Source of the DNA: a virus
Length of the DNA: 64,000 bases
Virus record (IMG/VR): IMGVR_UViG_3300037245_002163
Span: 37,301 to 101,300 of that record
Reading direction: 5' to 3' (one strand)
In this document: piece by piece, positions 36,233 to 45,435 of the stretch
How positions within the stretch are numbered: position 1 is the first letter of the stretch
Layout of the letters: each line of letters opens with the position of its first letter
Translations under genes and position numbers: made by a program
Notes under the pieces: model-generated
Database searches by the model: none
What the model was told of the DNA's origin: nothing
The model's input: only the letters and a program-made list of their open reading frames with translations

Positions 36233-36984
36233 TGGGGGTACGAACCAGCACAGTGCTATCGCTTGAAGTGGGTCTCAATAACTCGCTTGACGATTGCCTT
36301 TTCGAGCGGAGCTTCACGGAGCTATTAGACACGCTCGACCATGGGGTTTCCCAAGTGCTCACGGTCGAAGCGGGCACTTCGAATCTTGCGGTCGACATGG
36401 GCGACGTGGCGCAAGCCCGGCTCATCTACATCGAAAGCAACCTGGAGATCGAAGTCACCTTCGGGGGCGCGCTCGCCACGGGCGCGATTGTCGACGGCTC
36501 CGGCGGCACCTACCCGACTGGCTTTGCCGGCGGCGAGACCCTGAATCTGGTCGTGGACAACGGCGGGCTGGTCTCATGTAGCTTCGATGCGGCCGACCAG
36601 TCGCTCGCTCAGGTGATCAACCGCATCAACTCATGCCTAGCGTTGAACGGCCAAGCGCCCGTCGCGTCGGATAGCGGGGGTGAGCTACGGCTCGCGAGCA
36701 CCACGACCGGCACCGGGTCGGAGATCGACATTCAGAGCGGCACCGGGCTGGCCATCTTGGGCCATAGCATCGGCGTCACCAATGGCATCAACAGCACTCC
36801 GGGCGCGAGCGCATTGCAGCTCCAGCGGCCCGCAGACGCGTCGGGCGCGGACGCCGCCCAAGACGTGCTCGCCTACGTGCTCGCCACGATCAACACAAGT
36901 TCGGTATCGATCAGCAATACATCGCTCACGGCCAATGCGCGCGTGAGGCTCATGATCGCCGGGGATCTGGTCGTAGCGCCGTAA
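36229..36984 (+). CDS. putative virion structural protein
   Basis: 251 aa, beta-rich; INRIN..L..LRLASTTTGTGSEI insert. Confidence 0.6.
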   Translation: MMGVRTSTVLSLEVGLNNSLDDCLFERSFTELLDTLDHGVSQVLTVEAGTSNLAVDMGDVAQARLIYIESNLEIEVTFGGALATGAIVDGSGGTYPTGFAGGETLNLVVDNGGLVSCSFDAADQSLAQVINRINSCLALNGQAPVASDSGGELRLASTTTGTGSEIDIQSGTGLAILGHSIGVTNGINSTPGASALQLQRPADASGADAAQDVLAYVLATINTSSVSISNTSLTANARVRLMIAGDLVVAP

Positions 36985-38759
36985 TGCAGGGGGGCGACGT
37001 GGCGGCGAAGGCCAAGATTCGAATACACGCGCCCGCAAACCTAGATCCTCTTGAAATCGCCCAAGCGGTGGTGGGCAACGGGCTTCTGGTCAAAGCGGAG
37101 CCCGTGCCGCGCTACGGCAAGGGCACGTTCCGCCGCTACAAGGCGATGCTGACGAGCGTGGGACGCTTTGAACGCGCCTACGATAAGCAGCTCGACAAGA
37201 TGGTGTCGGAGATGCGGCGCTACATCGAAGAGACGATCAAGGTGAAGCTCGCCAAGGCCGACACCCCGAAGCCTCTGATCACGCCGGGGGAGCTGTATGA
37301 GCTGACTCAGATCGTCGAAGACTACCACCACGCGTTCATCGCCGGGACCATCGGCCCTGAAACCCTACCGCCGGGCACTGTAGAGCGCCTAATCGACGCC
37401 GGGATACTCCCCGAAGACCTACGGCATACCTTCGTCCCAACGGCCTCAGAGCTGCCCCCAGCGACCATGGACGCCATCGAAGACGCCTACCGCTACGGGC
37501 ACGTCCTGAGTGCGTCGCGGTCCTACAAAGAGAAAAAGCGCCGCCACGGGCTCACCTACAAGCAATTCGTGAGCGACTATGCCCCGAAGATCCCGATCGG
37601 CCCGAACGAGAAGCACGCGCTCGAATGGGCCAAGCACTCCGCCGCCACGGAGATCAAGGGGCTCGGAAACAAGATATCTGACGACTTTTCGACCATCGCC
37701 ATCGAAGCCGACAAGGATCTGCGCCGCCGCTACGAGGGCGTGATCCGTGACTCGACCGCGGAGAACATTCAGCGCCAGCAAACGTGGCGCCAGCTCGCGA
37801 GCGACTTGGGCGACAAGACCGGGGATTGGTCTCGCGACTTCAAGCGCATCGCGGCGACTGAGAAGCAGAAGGCCATGCAAGAGGGCATCGTCCAGGGGCT
37901 CGCTTCACGGTACGGCGATCCCGACGATATCCGGGTCGCCAAGATGCCAAACCCGGATGCGTGCCCGCATTGCATGCGGCTGCACAAGCTGCCCACGGGC
38001 CAACTGCGGATCTTCAAGATGAGCGAGCTAGTGGAGAACGGCAGTAACGTCGGCCGTAAGGCACGCGATTGGAAGGCCACGGTCGGCCCCGTCCATCCGT
38101 GGTGTGGCTGCGATATCATTCACGTGCCCGAAGGTTGGGCCTTCGACGACACGGGCGAGATGGTGCCGGAGTCATTGCTGCGAAGCGACTGGCTGAATTG
38201 GGATCTGCGCAAGGCGCTCCCGAAGCCGACACCCGATGCGCCCGTGCTGAGCTACGGGGATAGCCGGCCCGACAAGGGGATCAGCGTGCGCGTCGGCGAC
38301 CCCACCATGGTCGACGAGATCCAAAAGGTACTCGACCGGACACCCCCCGAAATCTTTGACAAAGACGTAGGTATCACGTTTGTTACCACTGATATCCCGC
38401 GGGTGCAGAACCCGCTAGATGAGCACGACTTCGCGTATTGGAGCGGCAACGAGATCCGTATCTCGCAAACGCTTCCCGCGGAGCGCATCGCGCGCGTGCT
38501 CCCGCATGAGATTGGGCACTCGCTAAACGTCTACCTCATCCGGCAACTTGGCAGCATCGCGGCGGTCAAGGCGTGGCACGCATCGCTCGACACGATCAGC
38601 AAAGACGAAGGCTACGTGAGCGACTACGCGGAGCGCGAGCCTATCGAGAACGCGGCCGAAGTCACGATGCTCTATCTGTACCACCGGCAGCGGCTTATGC
38701 TGCGCTGGCCACGGCAGTTCGCATTCGCGCACAAAGCGTACCGAAAAATCTGGGCATGA
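36984..38759 (+). CDS. MuF/SPP1 gp7-like minor head protein with a C-terminal zincin
   Basis: RIAATE, ACPHC, GPVHPWCGC; then HEIGH..VSDYA..ENAAE. Confidence 0.8.
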   Translation: MQGGDVAAKAKIRIHAPANLDPLEIAQAVVGNGLLVKAEPVPRYGKGTFRRYKAMLTSVGRFERAYDKQLDKMVSEMRRYIEETIKVKLAKADTPKPLITPGELYELTQIVEDYHHAFIAGTIGPETLPPGTVERLIDAGILPEDLRHTFVPTASELPPATMDAIEDAYRYGHVLSASRSYKEKKRRHGLTYKQFVSDYAPKIPIGPNEKHALEWAKHSAATEIKGLGNKISDDFSTIAIEADKDLRRRYEGVIRDSTAENIQRQQTWRQLASDLGDKTGDWSRDFKRIAATEKQKAMQEGIVQGLASRYGDPDDIRVAKMPNPDACPHCMRLHKLPTGQLRIFKMSELVENGSNVGRKARDWKATVGPVHPWCGCDIIHVPEGWAFDDTGEMVPESLLRSDWLNWDLRKALPKPTPDAPVLSYGDSRPDKGISVRVGDPTMVDEIQKVLDRTPPEIFDKDVGITFVTTDIPRVQNPLDEHDFAYWSGNEIRISQTLPAERIARVLPHEIGHSLNVYLIRQLGSIAAVKAWHASLDTISKDEGYVSDYAEREPIENAAEVTMLYLYHRQRLMLRWPRQFAFAHKAYRKIWA

Positions 38760-38989
38760 CTAGCCAAGGGATAATGAACGGCGACAAGCACTTGCACTGC
38801 CCGCACTGCGATCGCCCCATCTTCCGCAAGAGTAGTTCTGGCGCACGTTACAAAGCGAAAACGTCGATCGTCGTGTTGCACAAAAGCGGTGACGTGGAGA
38901 TCAACTGCGGCGCATGCAAGCGCGCGGTTATCCTTACGCGAGCGAAGATCGAGCTGCGAAAGGCTGTTTTCACCGTCCCCAAGAGTTGA
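38756..38989 (+). CDS. small Zn-ribbon (Com-like) protein
   Basis: LHCPHC ... EINCGACK; ATGA-coupled. Confidence 0.65.
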   Translation: MTSQGIMNGDKHLHCPHCDRPIFRKSSSGARYKAKTSIVVLHKSGDVEINCGACKRAVILTRAKIELRKAVFTVPKS

Positions 38990-39055
38990 CACGCCCTAGG
39001 GGATACTGTCAGATCATCATCGGGGCCTAGGCTGCGCGGGGGCGTGGTCATTAGA

Positions 39056-39090
39056 GGCGGTTCAACCATCGACGGTTGGCCGCCTTTTTT
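39056..39090 (+). terminator. intrinsic terminator-like hairpin upstream of the protease gene
   Basis: GGCGGTTCAACC-ATCGAC-GGTTGGCCGCC then TTTTTT. Confidence 0.7.
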
Positions 39091-39107
39091 GCGTTCTGGG
39101 GGCGACA

Positions 39108-39848
39108 TTGACGACAACACCTTTCAAATTCGATGTTCAAGTTGAGTGCTTTGAAAAGGCGGGTGTCGATCCCTCCAAAGAGCGCCGCATCGGGGGTATC
39201 GTGTCGACCGGCGAAGTTGACCGGCAAGGCGAGCGCCTGATCCAGAAGGGGCTGGATTTTAGCCCGTTCCTAAAGGGCGGCTGGTTCAACGATAACCACG
39301 ACCATTCGACCGAAGCCCTAGTCGGTTATCCCGACCTTTGCGAGCTTCGGGAGCTGCCCGATGGGGAGCAAGGTTGGTACGTCGAAGGCTACTTACTCAA
39401 AGGCCACACGCGCTCCGACAACCTTTGGAACATTGCTCAGGCTCTCCAGAAGAGCGACCGCCGGCTTGGGTTTAGCGTCGAAGGCCAGATCGAAGAGCGC
39501 GACGCTTCGAACCCCAAGGTCGTTCGCAAAGCCACGGTGCGCGAAGTCGCGATTACGCGCTGCCCCGTGAACAACGGCACCGGGCTCGATGTGCTCGCCA
39601 AGTCGCTCAGTGCTGGCAGCGCCGTGAGCGACCCCGGCACAGCACCCGGTGAAGGCTTCCCGCTTCGCGACGAATCGCTCGAAGGCGGCAAGAAAAAGAA
39701 GAAAAAGAAGCGCCTCTACAAAGCAACTGAGGCGCTTGAAAGACTCCGCGCAATCCGGCCAAACCTGGACGGCGCGCTAGCAGAGAAAATCGTGGCGTAC
39801 GCGATGAAGTGGCACGCCGAAACGGAGGATAGTGAACATGCCGGATGA
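39108..39848 (+). CDS. prohead protease
   Basis: IGGIVST..DRQGE, GWFNDNH, LGFSVEG, VAITRCPVN; TTG start. Confidence 0.9.
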   Translation: MTTTPFKFDVQVECFEKAGVDPSKERRIGGIVSTGEVDRQGERLIQKGLDFSPFLKGGWFNDNHDHSTEALVGYPDLCELRELPDGEQGWYVEGYLLKGHTRSDNLWNIAQALQKSDRRLGFSVEGQIEERDASNPKVVRKATVREVAITRCPVNNGTGLDVLAKSLSAGSAVSDPGTAPGEGFPLRDESLEGGKKKKKKKRLYKATEALERLRAIRPNLDGALAEKIVAYAMKWHAETEDSEHAG

Positions 39849-40767
39849 GATTCAGGCTCCAGCGGAGCCGCAAGTGACTGACGACGGTCTTGGGAATGCT
39901 CTTGACGAGCTTCTAAAGGCTGCGGACGCCACGAGCTTGACCAAAGCGTACGGCGGCACATCGGTGGAGACCGGCGGCCGGGTGGACGAGCGAGGAGCAA
40001 GCTCAGGCACATTGGCCGGTGGTGGTGACGTAGGCGGGCTTGACGATCTCATGATCGCCAAGATGAGCGCCGCGGGCATTCCTGCCGGAACGATTAGCGC
40101 CTTCGCCGCTTTCATGAGCGACGAAGAGGAAGAGGAAGAGGAAGAGGGCGACGACGAGGATGAGAAGGACAAGGACAAGAAGGATAATCCCTTCGACAAG
40201 TCTGAGGCTCACTCGTTCCAAAAGAGCATGGATGTGTACCGGGAAGATCCTGATCTCTCCGACACCATCGATGTGTCACCGTTCCTAGAGGCGCTGACTG
40301 CCCGCACGGCAGATCAGCTCGATGCGATTCGCAAGAGTGCGGGAGCCTTCGAAGGCCAGCAGTCTCATGTGAACCAGAAGCTCGCCGCGGCACTTCACCA
40401 GATCGGTGGATTGCTCAAGAGCCAGAGCAACGTCATTCAGGTTCTCGGAGAGCGCCTGAATATCGTGGAGCGCACACCGGCCGAACCCAAGGGAGCTACC
40501 CAGCTTTCCGGGGCGCAGCCGCTTCACAAGGCACTGCCCGGTGAGCTTGGCCAGGGTGGCCCGGATCTTCGCAAGAGCGAGATCCTTTCGACCCTCACGT
40601 ACATGAACCTTGAAAAAGGCATGAACGAGATCAATGGCCACCGAACGTCCGAATTGGTCGGGCTGTTCGAGGGGGGCAACGTCATCGATCAGAAGACGAT
40701 CGGCGCCGTTCACAACTTCCTCCAGACCCATCCAAATGAGGCGGACGCGGCTCGGCAGTACGCCTAA
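39838..40767 (+). CDS. scaffold-like protein
   Basis: Between protease and capsid; poly-E tract; many xxK[S/A] sites. Confidence 0.65.
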   Translation: MPDEIQAPAEPQVTDDGLGNALDELLKAADATSLTKAYGGTSVETGGRVDERGASSGTLAGGGDVGGLDDLMIAKMSAAGIPAGTISAFAAFMSDEEEEEEEEGDDEDEKDKDKKDNPFDKSEAHSFQKSMDVYREDPDLSDTIDVSPFLEALTARTADQLDAIRKSAGAFEGQQSHVNQKLAAALHQIGGLLKSQSNVIQVLGERLNIVERTPAEPKGATQLSGAQPLHKALPGELGQGGPDLRKSEILSTLTYMNLEKGMNEINGHRTSELVGLFEGGNVIDQKTIGAVHNFLQTHPNEADAARQYA

Positions 40768-40797
40768 CGCGCCTAGAAAGAACAAAGGAAAAACAAG

Positions 40798-42207
40798 ATG
40801 AGTGTAGGATCATTTGTTTCGGCGCGTGACTACCGCGATTACGGCGGTTGGGGCACATCATCGCCCGACGAGCTAGCTGAGCTGCGCAAGGCCCTTACGG
40901 CCGGCAGTGACGTGAACGACCCAGGCGTTGCGCCCGGTGTCGGTTTTCCGTTGAGGACGGAAAGTCTCGAATCACAACTCAAAAACCTGACGTTTGAAAT
41001 GTCAGAGATCAAGTTGTTCCGCAGCATTTCCAAGGTGAGTGCGCAGAATACAGTTGAAGAATTCAACCGTTTGGTAAGCTATTCTCGTTCGGGCAGCCGG
41101 CGCTTCAACATGGGTTGGATGAGCGAGGGAGCACTTCCCGAGGAAGAGGACAGCACGTACGAACGTGTGACCGTCCTCACGAAATTTTTGGGAGTTGTGG
41201 GGAGGGTCACACATGTGGCCAACACCATTCGGGCCGCTCACGGTAACGTGATCGCGCTCGAAACCATGAACAAGACGATGGATCTGTTGAAGAATCTGGA
41301 GAACAGCCTGTTCTTCGGCAACTCTTCGCTCATCCCCGAACAGCTCGATGGTCTCGAAAAGCTGATCACGGATGCGGCCCCGGATAACGTGGTCGACCTT
41401 CGTGGCGCTGCGCTCACTGAGGGCGCGATGAACGACATGCTGTTGCAGATTCGTCAAAACTACGGGATGGCGACCGACGCCTACTTTAGTGCCGGCGCAT
41501 TTGGCGACCTCGCAAAGCAGGTCTACGAGCGTCAACGATTCGCCATTGCACCGGCACCCGGTGTGCTTGGCGCTTCCGTCACGGCTTTCCAGGGCCAGCA
41601 CGGCAAGATCAACTTGCACGACCACGTGTTCTTTGAAGACTCCCAGACGCCGCTTACAAACGGCTTGGGCGACGCTTCGAAGCGCCCGCTCACTCCGACC
41701 ATTACCGTTGCTCCGGCAGCGGCCGGTACGGGCAGCCAGTTCGTCGCGGCTGACATTGGTGTGTACATCTACCAAGTCATGGCGGGCAACCGCTACGGCG
41801 TCAGCTCTCCGGTCACCACGGCTGGGGTCACGGTTGCGGTAGGCGAGAACGTCACCTTCACGGTGGCAGACGGCGGGCAGGGCACGACCTTCTACGAGCT
41901 GTACCGTTCCACGGTCGGCGGCGCAGCGGACACCGCTCAGCTCATGACACGCGTCGCGCGCACTGGCGCAACGCAGGTCATCACGGACAGCAACGGCGAC
42001 ATTCCGGGGACCACTAAGGGCTTCGTTTTGCAACAGAATCAGCGGTCAATGTCATGGGCTCAGCTCTTGCCAATGACCCGGATTCCCCTCGCAACCATTG
42101 ATACTTCGATCAGGTGGGCACAGGTAGTCTATGGTGCGATAAAGCTCTACACGCCCGCACGTAACATCGTGGTCAAGAACATCGGCCGCGAACCGGGTAG
42201 CCTCTAA
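40798..42207 (+). CDS. major capsid protein
   Basis: ELRKALTAG..G.PLRTESLE; A511/K/SPO1-type organisation; ends YGAIKLYTP..IVVKNI. Confidence 0.92.
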   Translation: MSVGSFVSARDYRDYGGWGTSSPDELAELRKALTAGSDVNDPGVAPGVGFPLRTESLESQLKNLTFEMSEIKLFRSISKVSAQNTVEEFNRLVSYSRSGSRRFNMGWMSEGALPEEEDSTYERVTVLTKFLGVVGRVTHVANTIRAAHGNVIALETMNKTMDLLKNLENSLFFGNSSLIPEQLDGLEKLITDAAPDNVVDLRGAALTEGAMNDMLLQIRQNYGMATDAYFSAGAFGDLAKQVYERQRFAIAPAPGVLGASVTAFQGQHGKINLHDHVFFEDSQTPLTNGLGDASKRPLTPTITVAPAAAGTGSQFVAADIGVYIYQVMAGNRYGVSSPVTTAGVTVAVGENVTFTVADGGQGTTFYELYRSTVGGAADTAQLMTRVARTGATQVITDSNGDIPGTTKGFVLQQNQRSMSWAQLLPMTRIPLATIDTSIRWAQVVYGAIKLYTPARNIVVKNIGREPGSL

Positions 42208-42241
42208 GGGAGGAAGCCCATAGCGAAAGCTGGTAGAACGG

Positions 42242-42280
42242 GGGCGAGCGGGCATTAGTTCGCTCGCCCTTTCTGCTTTT
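42242..42280 (+). terminator. intrinsic terminator after the capsid gene
   Basis: GGGCGAGCGGGC-ATTA-GTTCGCTCGCCC then TTTCTGCTTTT. Confidence 0.75.
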
Positions 42281-42297
42281 CGGAGGGAACAAAGGTA

Positions 42298-42741
42298 ATG
42301 AAAATCAAGAATCCAAGTCTGGCCGGCATGGAGCTGGGCCTCAAGTACGGTACGGGGACTGTAACGGGGGATGCGGACGGCGTGTTCGATGTACCGGACA
42401 AAGACGCGGAGTTCCTTCTGAGCACTCCGGGCTGGGCCAAGCCCAAGATGGGTCGTTCCGTGGCCCCAGCGGCCCCTGAGCCGGCCCCGGAGCCTGAGCC
42501 CGAACCAGCGGCCGTCGAACCAGAACCGGCCCCTGAGCCCGCCTCAGAGCCCGAAATGGGCGATGAGGGGGACGACGCTGCCGATGAGGGCGAGGAAGGC
42601 CCCGATCTCGAAGCCATGACCAAAGCGGAGCTTCTGGCGTGCGCGGCGGAGTACGGGGTCGACGACGTGGACGCGCACATGCGCAAAGACGATATCAAGG
42701 CTGCGGTCGAAGCTGCGCTCTTCGAAGATGAGGGGGAATAA
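42298..42741 (+). CDS. PE-repeat protein with a C-terminal HeH/Rho-N-like domain
   Basis: PEPAPEPEPEP linker; LEAMTKAELL..A.EYGV...MRKDDI. Confidence 0.65.
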   Translation: MKIKNPSLAGMELGLKYGTGTVTGDADGVFDVPDKDAEFLLSTPGWAKPKMGRSVAPAAPEPAPEPEPEPAAVEPEPAPEPASEPEMGDEGDDAADEGEEGPDLEAMTKAELLACAAEYGVDDVDAHMRKDDIKAAVEAALFEDEGE

Positions 42742-43112
42742 TGGCCGCCCATGCTGACGATCTGCGGTACTTTTACGCGGAGCACTTGGGAGACTCGGTA
42801 CAGGTCACGACGCCTTCGGGCGGCGCGGTCGCACTGCCCGAACCACTGACGCCGGGGCGCTACGAAATCCGCGTGCCCGCCTACGGGGGCGGGGACTTGT
42901 GGGTTCGCCAAGGGCCGTTCGGCGACGTGCTAGCCGATGATGAGACCCCTTCCACGCAATTCGTGGTGCACACGGACAGTGCGCATCTCAACTATCCGAT
43001 CTTCACGCTCATGGTGCGTGGGAGTGGGAATGGCGACGATGGGCTTTCGTTCTACGGGGACGGGGGCACGGTGCTGGTCCAGGTCACCAAGGTTTCAAGG
43101 GACAAGCGATAA
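42741..43112 (+). CDS. hypothetical virion protein
   Basis: TAATG coupling. Confidence 0.6.
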   Translation: MAAHADDLRYFYAEHLGDSVQVTTPSGGAVALPEPLTPGRYEIRVPAYGGGDLWVRQGPFGDVLADDETPSTQFVVHTDSAHLNYPIFTLMVRGSGNGDDGLSFYGDGGTVLVQVTKVSRDKR

Positions 43113-43432
43113 TGCCACGCAAAAAGACAGGCACCGCGGAGAAGCGCACGCTCAAAGAGCACGCTAAGCCGGTGGTGGTCGAAGTACCGGAGCCTACTGA
43201 GGTCGAAGTCTCGTTGGATCAACAGCGCGTTTCGCGCGTGGTGATCGTGCCGACCACGGAAGGGGCTTGCTTAGCGACCGTGGACGTAGAGAACGGCTAC
43301 CTGGACACGGATGGCGACTTCCGGCGTGTTGGGCGCGACCGCTTCGTCTACAAAGAAGACGCGGGGCTAGGTGCTCCATGGGCCGCGGTAGAAGCTGCAA
43401 TCTGGGCGTTGATCGACGCCGGGAGTGAGTGA
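43112..43432 (+). CDS. hypothetical protein
   Basis: TAATG coupling. Confidence 0.6.
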   Translation: MPRKKTGTAEKRTLKEHAKPVVVEVPEPTEVEVSLDQQRVSRVVIVPTTEGACLATVDVENGYLDTDGDFRRVGRDRFVYKEDAGLGAPWAAVEAAIWALIDAGSE

Positions 43433-43785
43433 TTGAACAGAAGGCGAGCATACGCCCGTACCGCAAGGTCGATATGGGCCGGGAGCTGGAAGAGCATGAC
43501 GCTCGGCTCCGCAAACTTGAAAAGCTCGAAACTCAGGTTCGGGTCTTTCAAGTGCTCGCCGGGATGCTTTTGATCACATTGCTCGGCTCGTGGCAGCGCG
43601 CGTGCGTCGATGTAGACAGTAGAAAGCTAGAGCAAGCCGGGGTGAGGCAGTCGATTGAAGCGCACGCGAAGCAGCCGCACGGGGTAGATCAAGCCACGCT
43701 CGATAGCATGCAGAACACGGATAAAGAGCACGGGGAACGGCTGATCACCATCGAGAAGCGCCTCTACATCCGAAGGAAAAAGTGA
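43429..43785 (+). CDS. single-TM coiled-coil membrane protein
   Basis: VFQVLAGMLLITLLGSW flanked by helical segments. Confidence 0.55.
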   Translation: MIEQKASIRPYRKVDMGRELEEHDARLRKLEKLETQVRVFQVLAGMLLITLLGSWQRACVDVDSRKLEQAGVRQSIEAHAKQPHGVDQATLDSMQNTDKEHGERLITIEKRLYIRRKK

Positions 43786-43958
43786 TGCAGCACATGATCA
43801 ACGTACCGGAGGATATTGAGGGGCGGCTCGCGAGCGAAGCGGACAAGCAAAAGCTCTTCGTAAAGGATCTGATCCCGTTGATCATCGCTGAGTATTTCCG
43901 CATGTGGGACGACCTGGAAAGTGGCGCTGCACTTTTGAAGAGCGATGTACCAGAATGA
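43785..43958 (+). CDS. small RHH-like protein, 57 aa (not in the ORF track)
   Basis: MQHMINVPEDIEGRLASEADKQKLFVKDLIPLIIAEYFRMWDD...; TGATG coupling. Confidence 0.55.
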   Translation: MQHMINVPEDIEGRLASEADKQKLFVKDLIPLIIAEYFRMWDDLESGAALLKSDVPE

Positions 43959-43971
43959 GTGAGGGGGGCGC

Positions 43972-45057
43972 ATGGCTCAGGTAAATCCACTAGACCCGGC
44001 AGAGAACAGCGGCATTGACACACGTGCGTCGGGCAACGTCATTCGAGTCACGACCAATGACCCGAACGTGGCCATCGCCATCAAAGCGGGCATGGAACGG
44101 CTCGTAGTCGAGCGGAGCACGGACCAGGGCCTCACGTACCAAGAGATCACGCACGCCTCAGAGCGGCCCGTGCTTGAAGCCGAACAGTTCGTCTACGAGT
44201 TTTTCGACCGCTGCGGCAGCCCGTCCTACCTGTACCGCACGCGCTACGCGGGCACGATCAAGGGCGAGAAGATGTGCACGGAAGCGAGCCCCCCGATCCT
44301 TGGGGCGGGCTTGGCCGTGCGCAATATCCTCACGGTCGACGACTTGAAGTCGCGCTACATGTTCGGGCTCGACCTTACGAACGACAAAGGCGTGCCGCTC
44401 GAAGACGCCGTGTACCTGAGCTACATCATGGCCGCGATTCGCGGCTTCGAGAAGCAAGTCGATATCCCGCTGTTGCCGTCGACCTTCGTAGAGAAGCACG
44501 ACTACTACCGGCACGACTATCACTCGTTCAACTTCATTCACCTGGATAACACCCCGGTGATCAGCGTTGACGAGTTTCGCGTTCAATATCCTTCGGGGCA
44601 GAACGTGATCATCTTTCCCGGCGAATGGATTCGCTTGAACAAGCTCGAAGGGCACGTACAGATCGTCCCGACCAGCGGCACGCTCAGCGAGATCCTTGTC
44701 GGCCAAGGCGGCTCGTTCTTACCGGCGATCTACAACGGGCTCGACTATCTCCCGCATCTCTTCGAAGTGAGCTACACGGCCGGCTTCGAAGACGGGCAGA
44801 TCCCAGCCGATATCGTGAACGTGATCGGCATGATGGCGAGCATCGGCCCCTTCCATATTTTTGGTGATCTCATCGCGGGGGCTGGCATCGCGAATATCAG
44901 TCTGAGCATGGACGGGCTGAGCCAGTCCATCGGCACTACCAGCTCGGCAACCAACTCCGGTTACGGCGCGCGAGTCGGCAACTATCTGAAAGAGATCAAG
45001 GCCGCGATCCCGCTGTACAAGCAATACTACCGCGGTCTCAAAATGACTTGGGCATAG
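43972..45057 (+). CDS. head completion/adaptor (neck) protein
   Basis: RYMFG.DL, E.HDYY, VSYTAG, GAGIA..SLSMDGLSQSIGTT.SA..GYGAR; SPO1/Twort-type gene after the capsid. Confidence 0.75.
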   Translation: MAQVNPLDPAENSGIDTRASGNVIRVTTNDPNVAIAIKAGMERLVVERSTDQGLTYQEITHASERPVLEAEQFVYEFFDRCGSPSYLYRTRYAGTIKGEKMCTEASPPILGAGLAVRNILTVDDLKSRYMFGLDLTNDKGVPLEDAVYLSYIMAAIRGFEKQVDIPLLPSTFVEKHDYYRHDYHSFNFIHLDNTPVISVDEFRVQYPSGQNVIIFPGEWIRLNKLEGHVQIVPTSGTLSEILVGQGGSFLPAIYNGLDYLPHLFEVSYTAGFEDGQIPADIVNVIGMMASIGPFHIFGDLIAGAGIANISLSMDGLSQSIGTTSSATNSGYGARVGNYLKEIKAAIPLYKQYYRGLKMTWA

Positions 45058-45081
45058 CGACGGCCCAGCGTATAAGCGGGC

Positions 45082-45435
45082 ATGCCCACCCCCCATTCCC
45101 CCGATCCGCAGTTCACGCTGCGCTTCCCCGTCCTAGAGTCTCGTGCCGACCAGATCGAACGGGATGCGCACGCCTTTTTGAAACGGAACCCCGACTTCTG
45201 GGATGAGTTTTGCCGCCGTGCGTTTCTCATTCGCAAGCGCGGGCACAAGCACTATTCCGCGATGGTCGTGGTGCAGAACATTCGTTGGCATACCGACCTT
45301 GGCGACTGCAAAGACTTCAAGATCAATAACAACTACACGCCTATTTTCGCGCGCGTGTTCAACAGCTCATACCCGGAGCTGAACGACTTTTTCAAGACTC
45401 GGGAGCAAACGAGCAGACGATCGGTGGCGCGATGA
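45082..45435 (+). CDS. conserved-type phage hypothetical protein
   Basis: NP..W..F..A..G..HYSA..IRWH..FKINNNY..AR..FF.TR. Confidence 0.7.
   Translation: MPTPHSPDPQFTLRFPVLESRADQIERDAHAFLKRNPDFWDEFCRRAFLIRKRGHKHYSAMVVVQNIRWHTDLGDCKDFKINNNYTPIFARVFNSSYPELNDFFKTREQTSRRSVAR

Noticed and set aside
38986-39015. Sigma70 promoter for the head operon
   Set aside because: Perfect -35 box but no acceptable -10 at 16-18 nt
40120-40185. Purine-rich GAA/GAG tract as a DNA repeat element
   Set aside because: Encodes the acidic stretch of the scaffold protein
41002-42033. Long antisense ORFs (also 51847-52710, 58066-59061 and others)
   Set aside because: Shadows of GC3-rich genes on the opposite strand with no recognisable motifs
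42470-42555. Short tandem repeats as a CRISPR or VNTR
   Set aside because: Imperfect codon repeats of a Pro-Glu linker with no repeat-spacer structure
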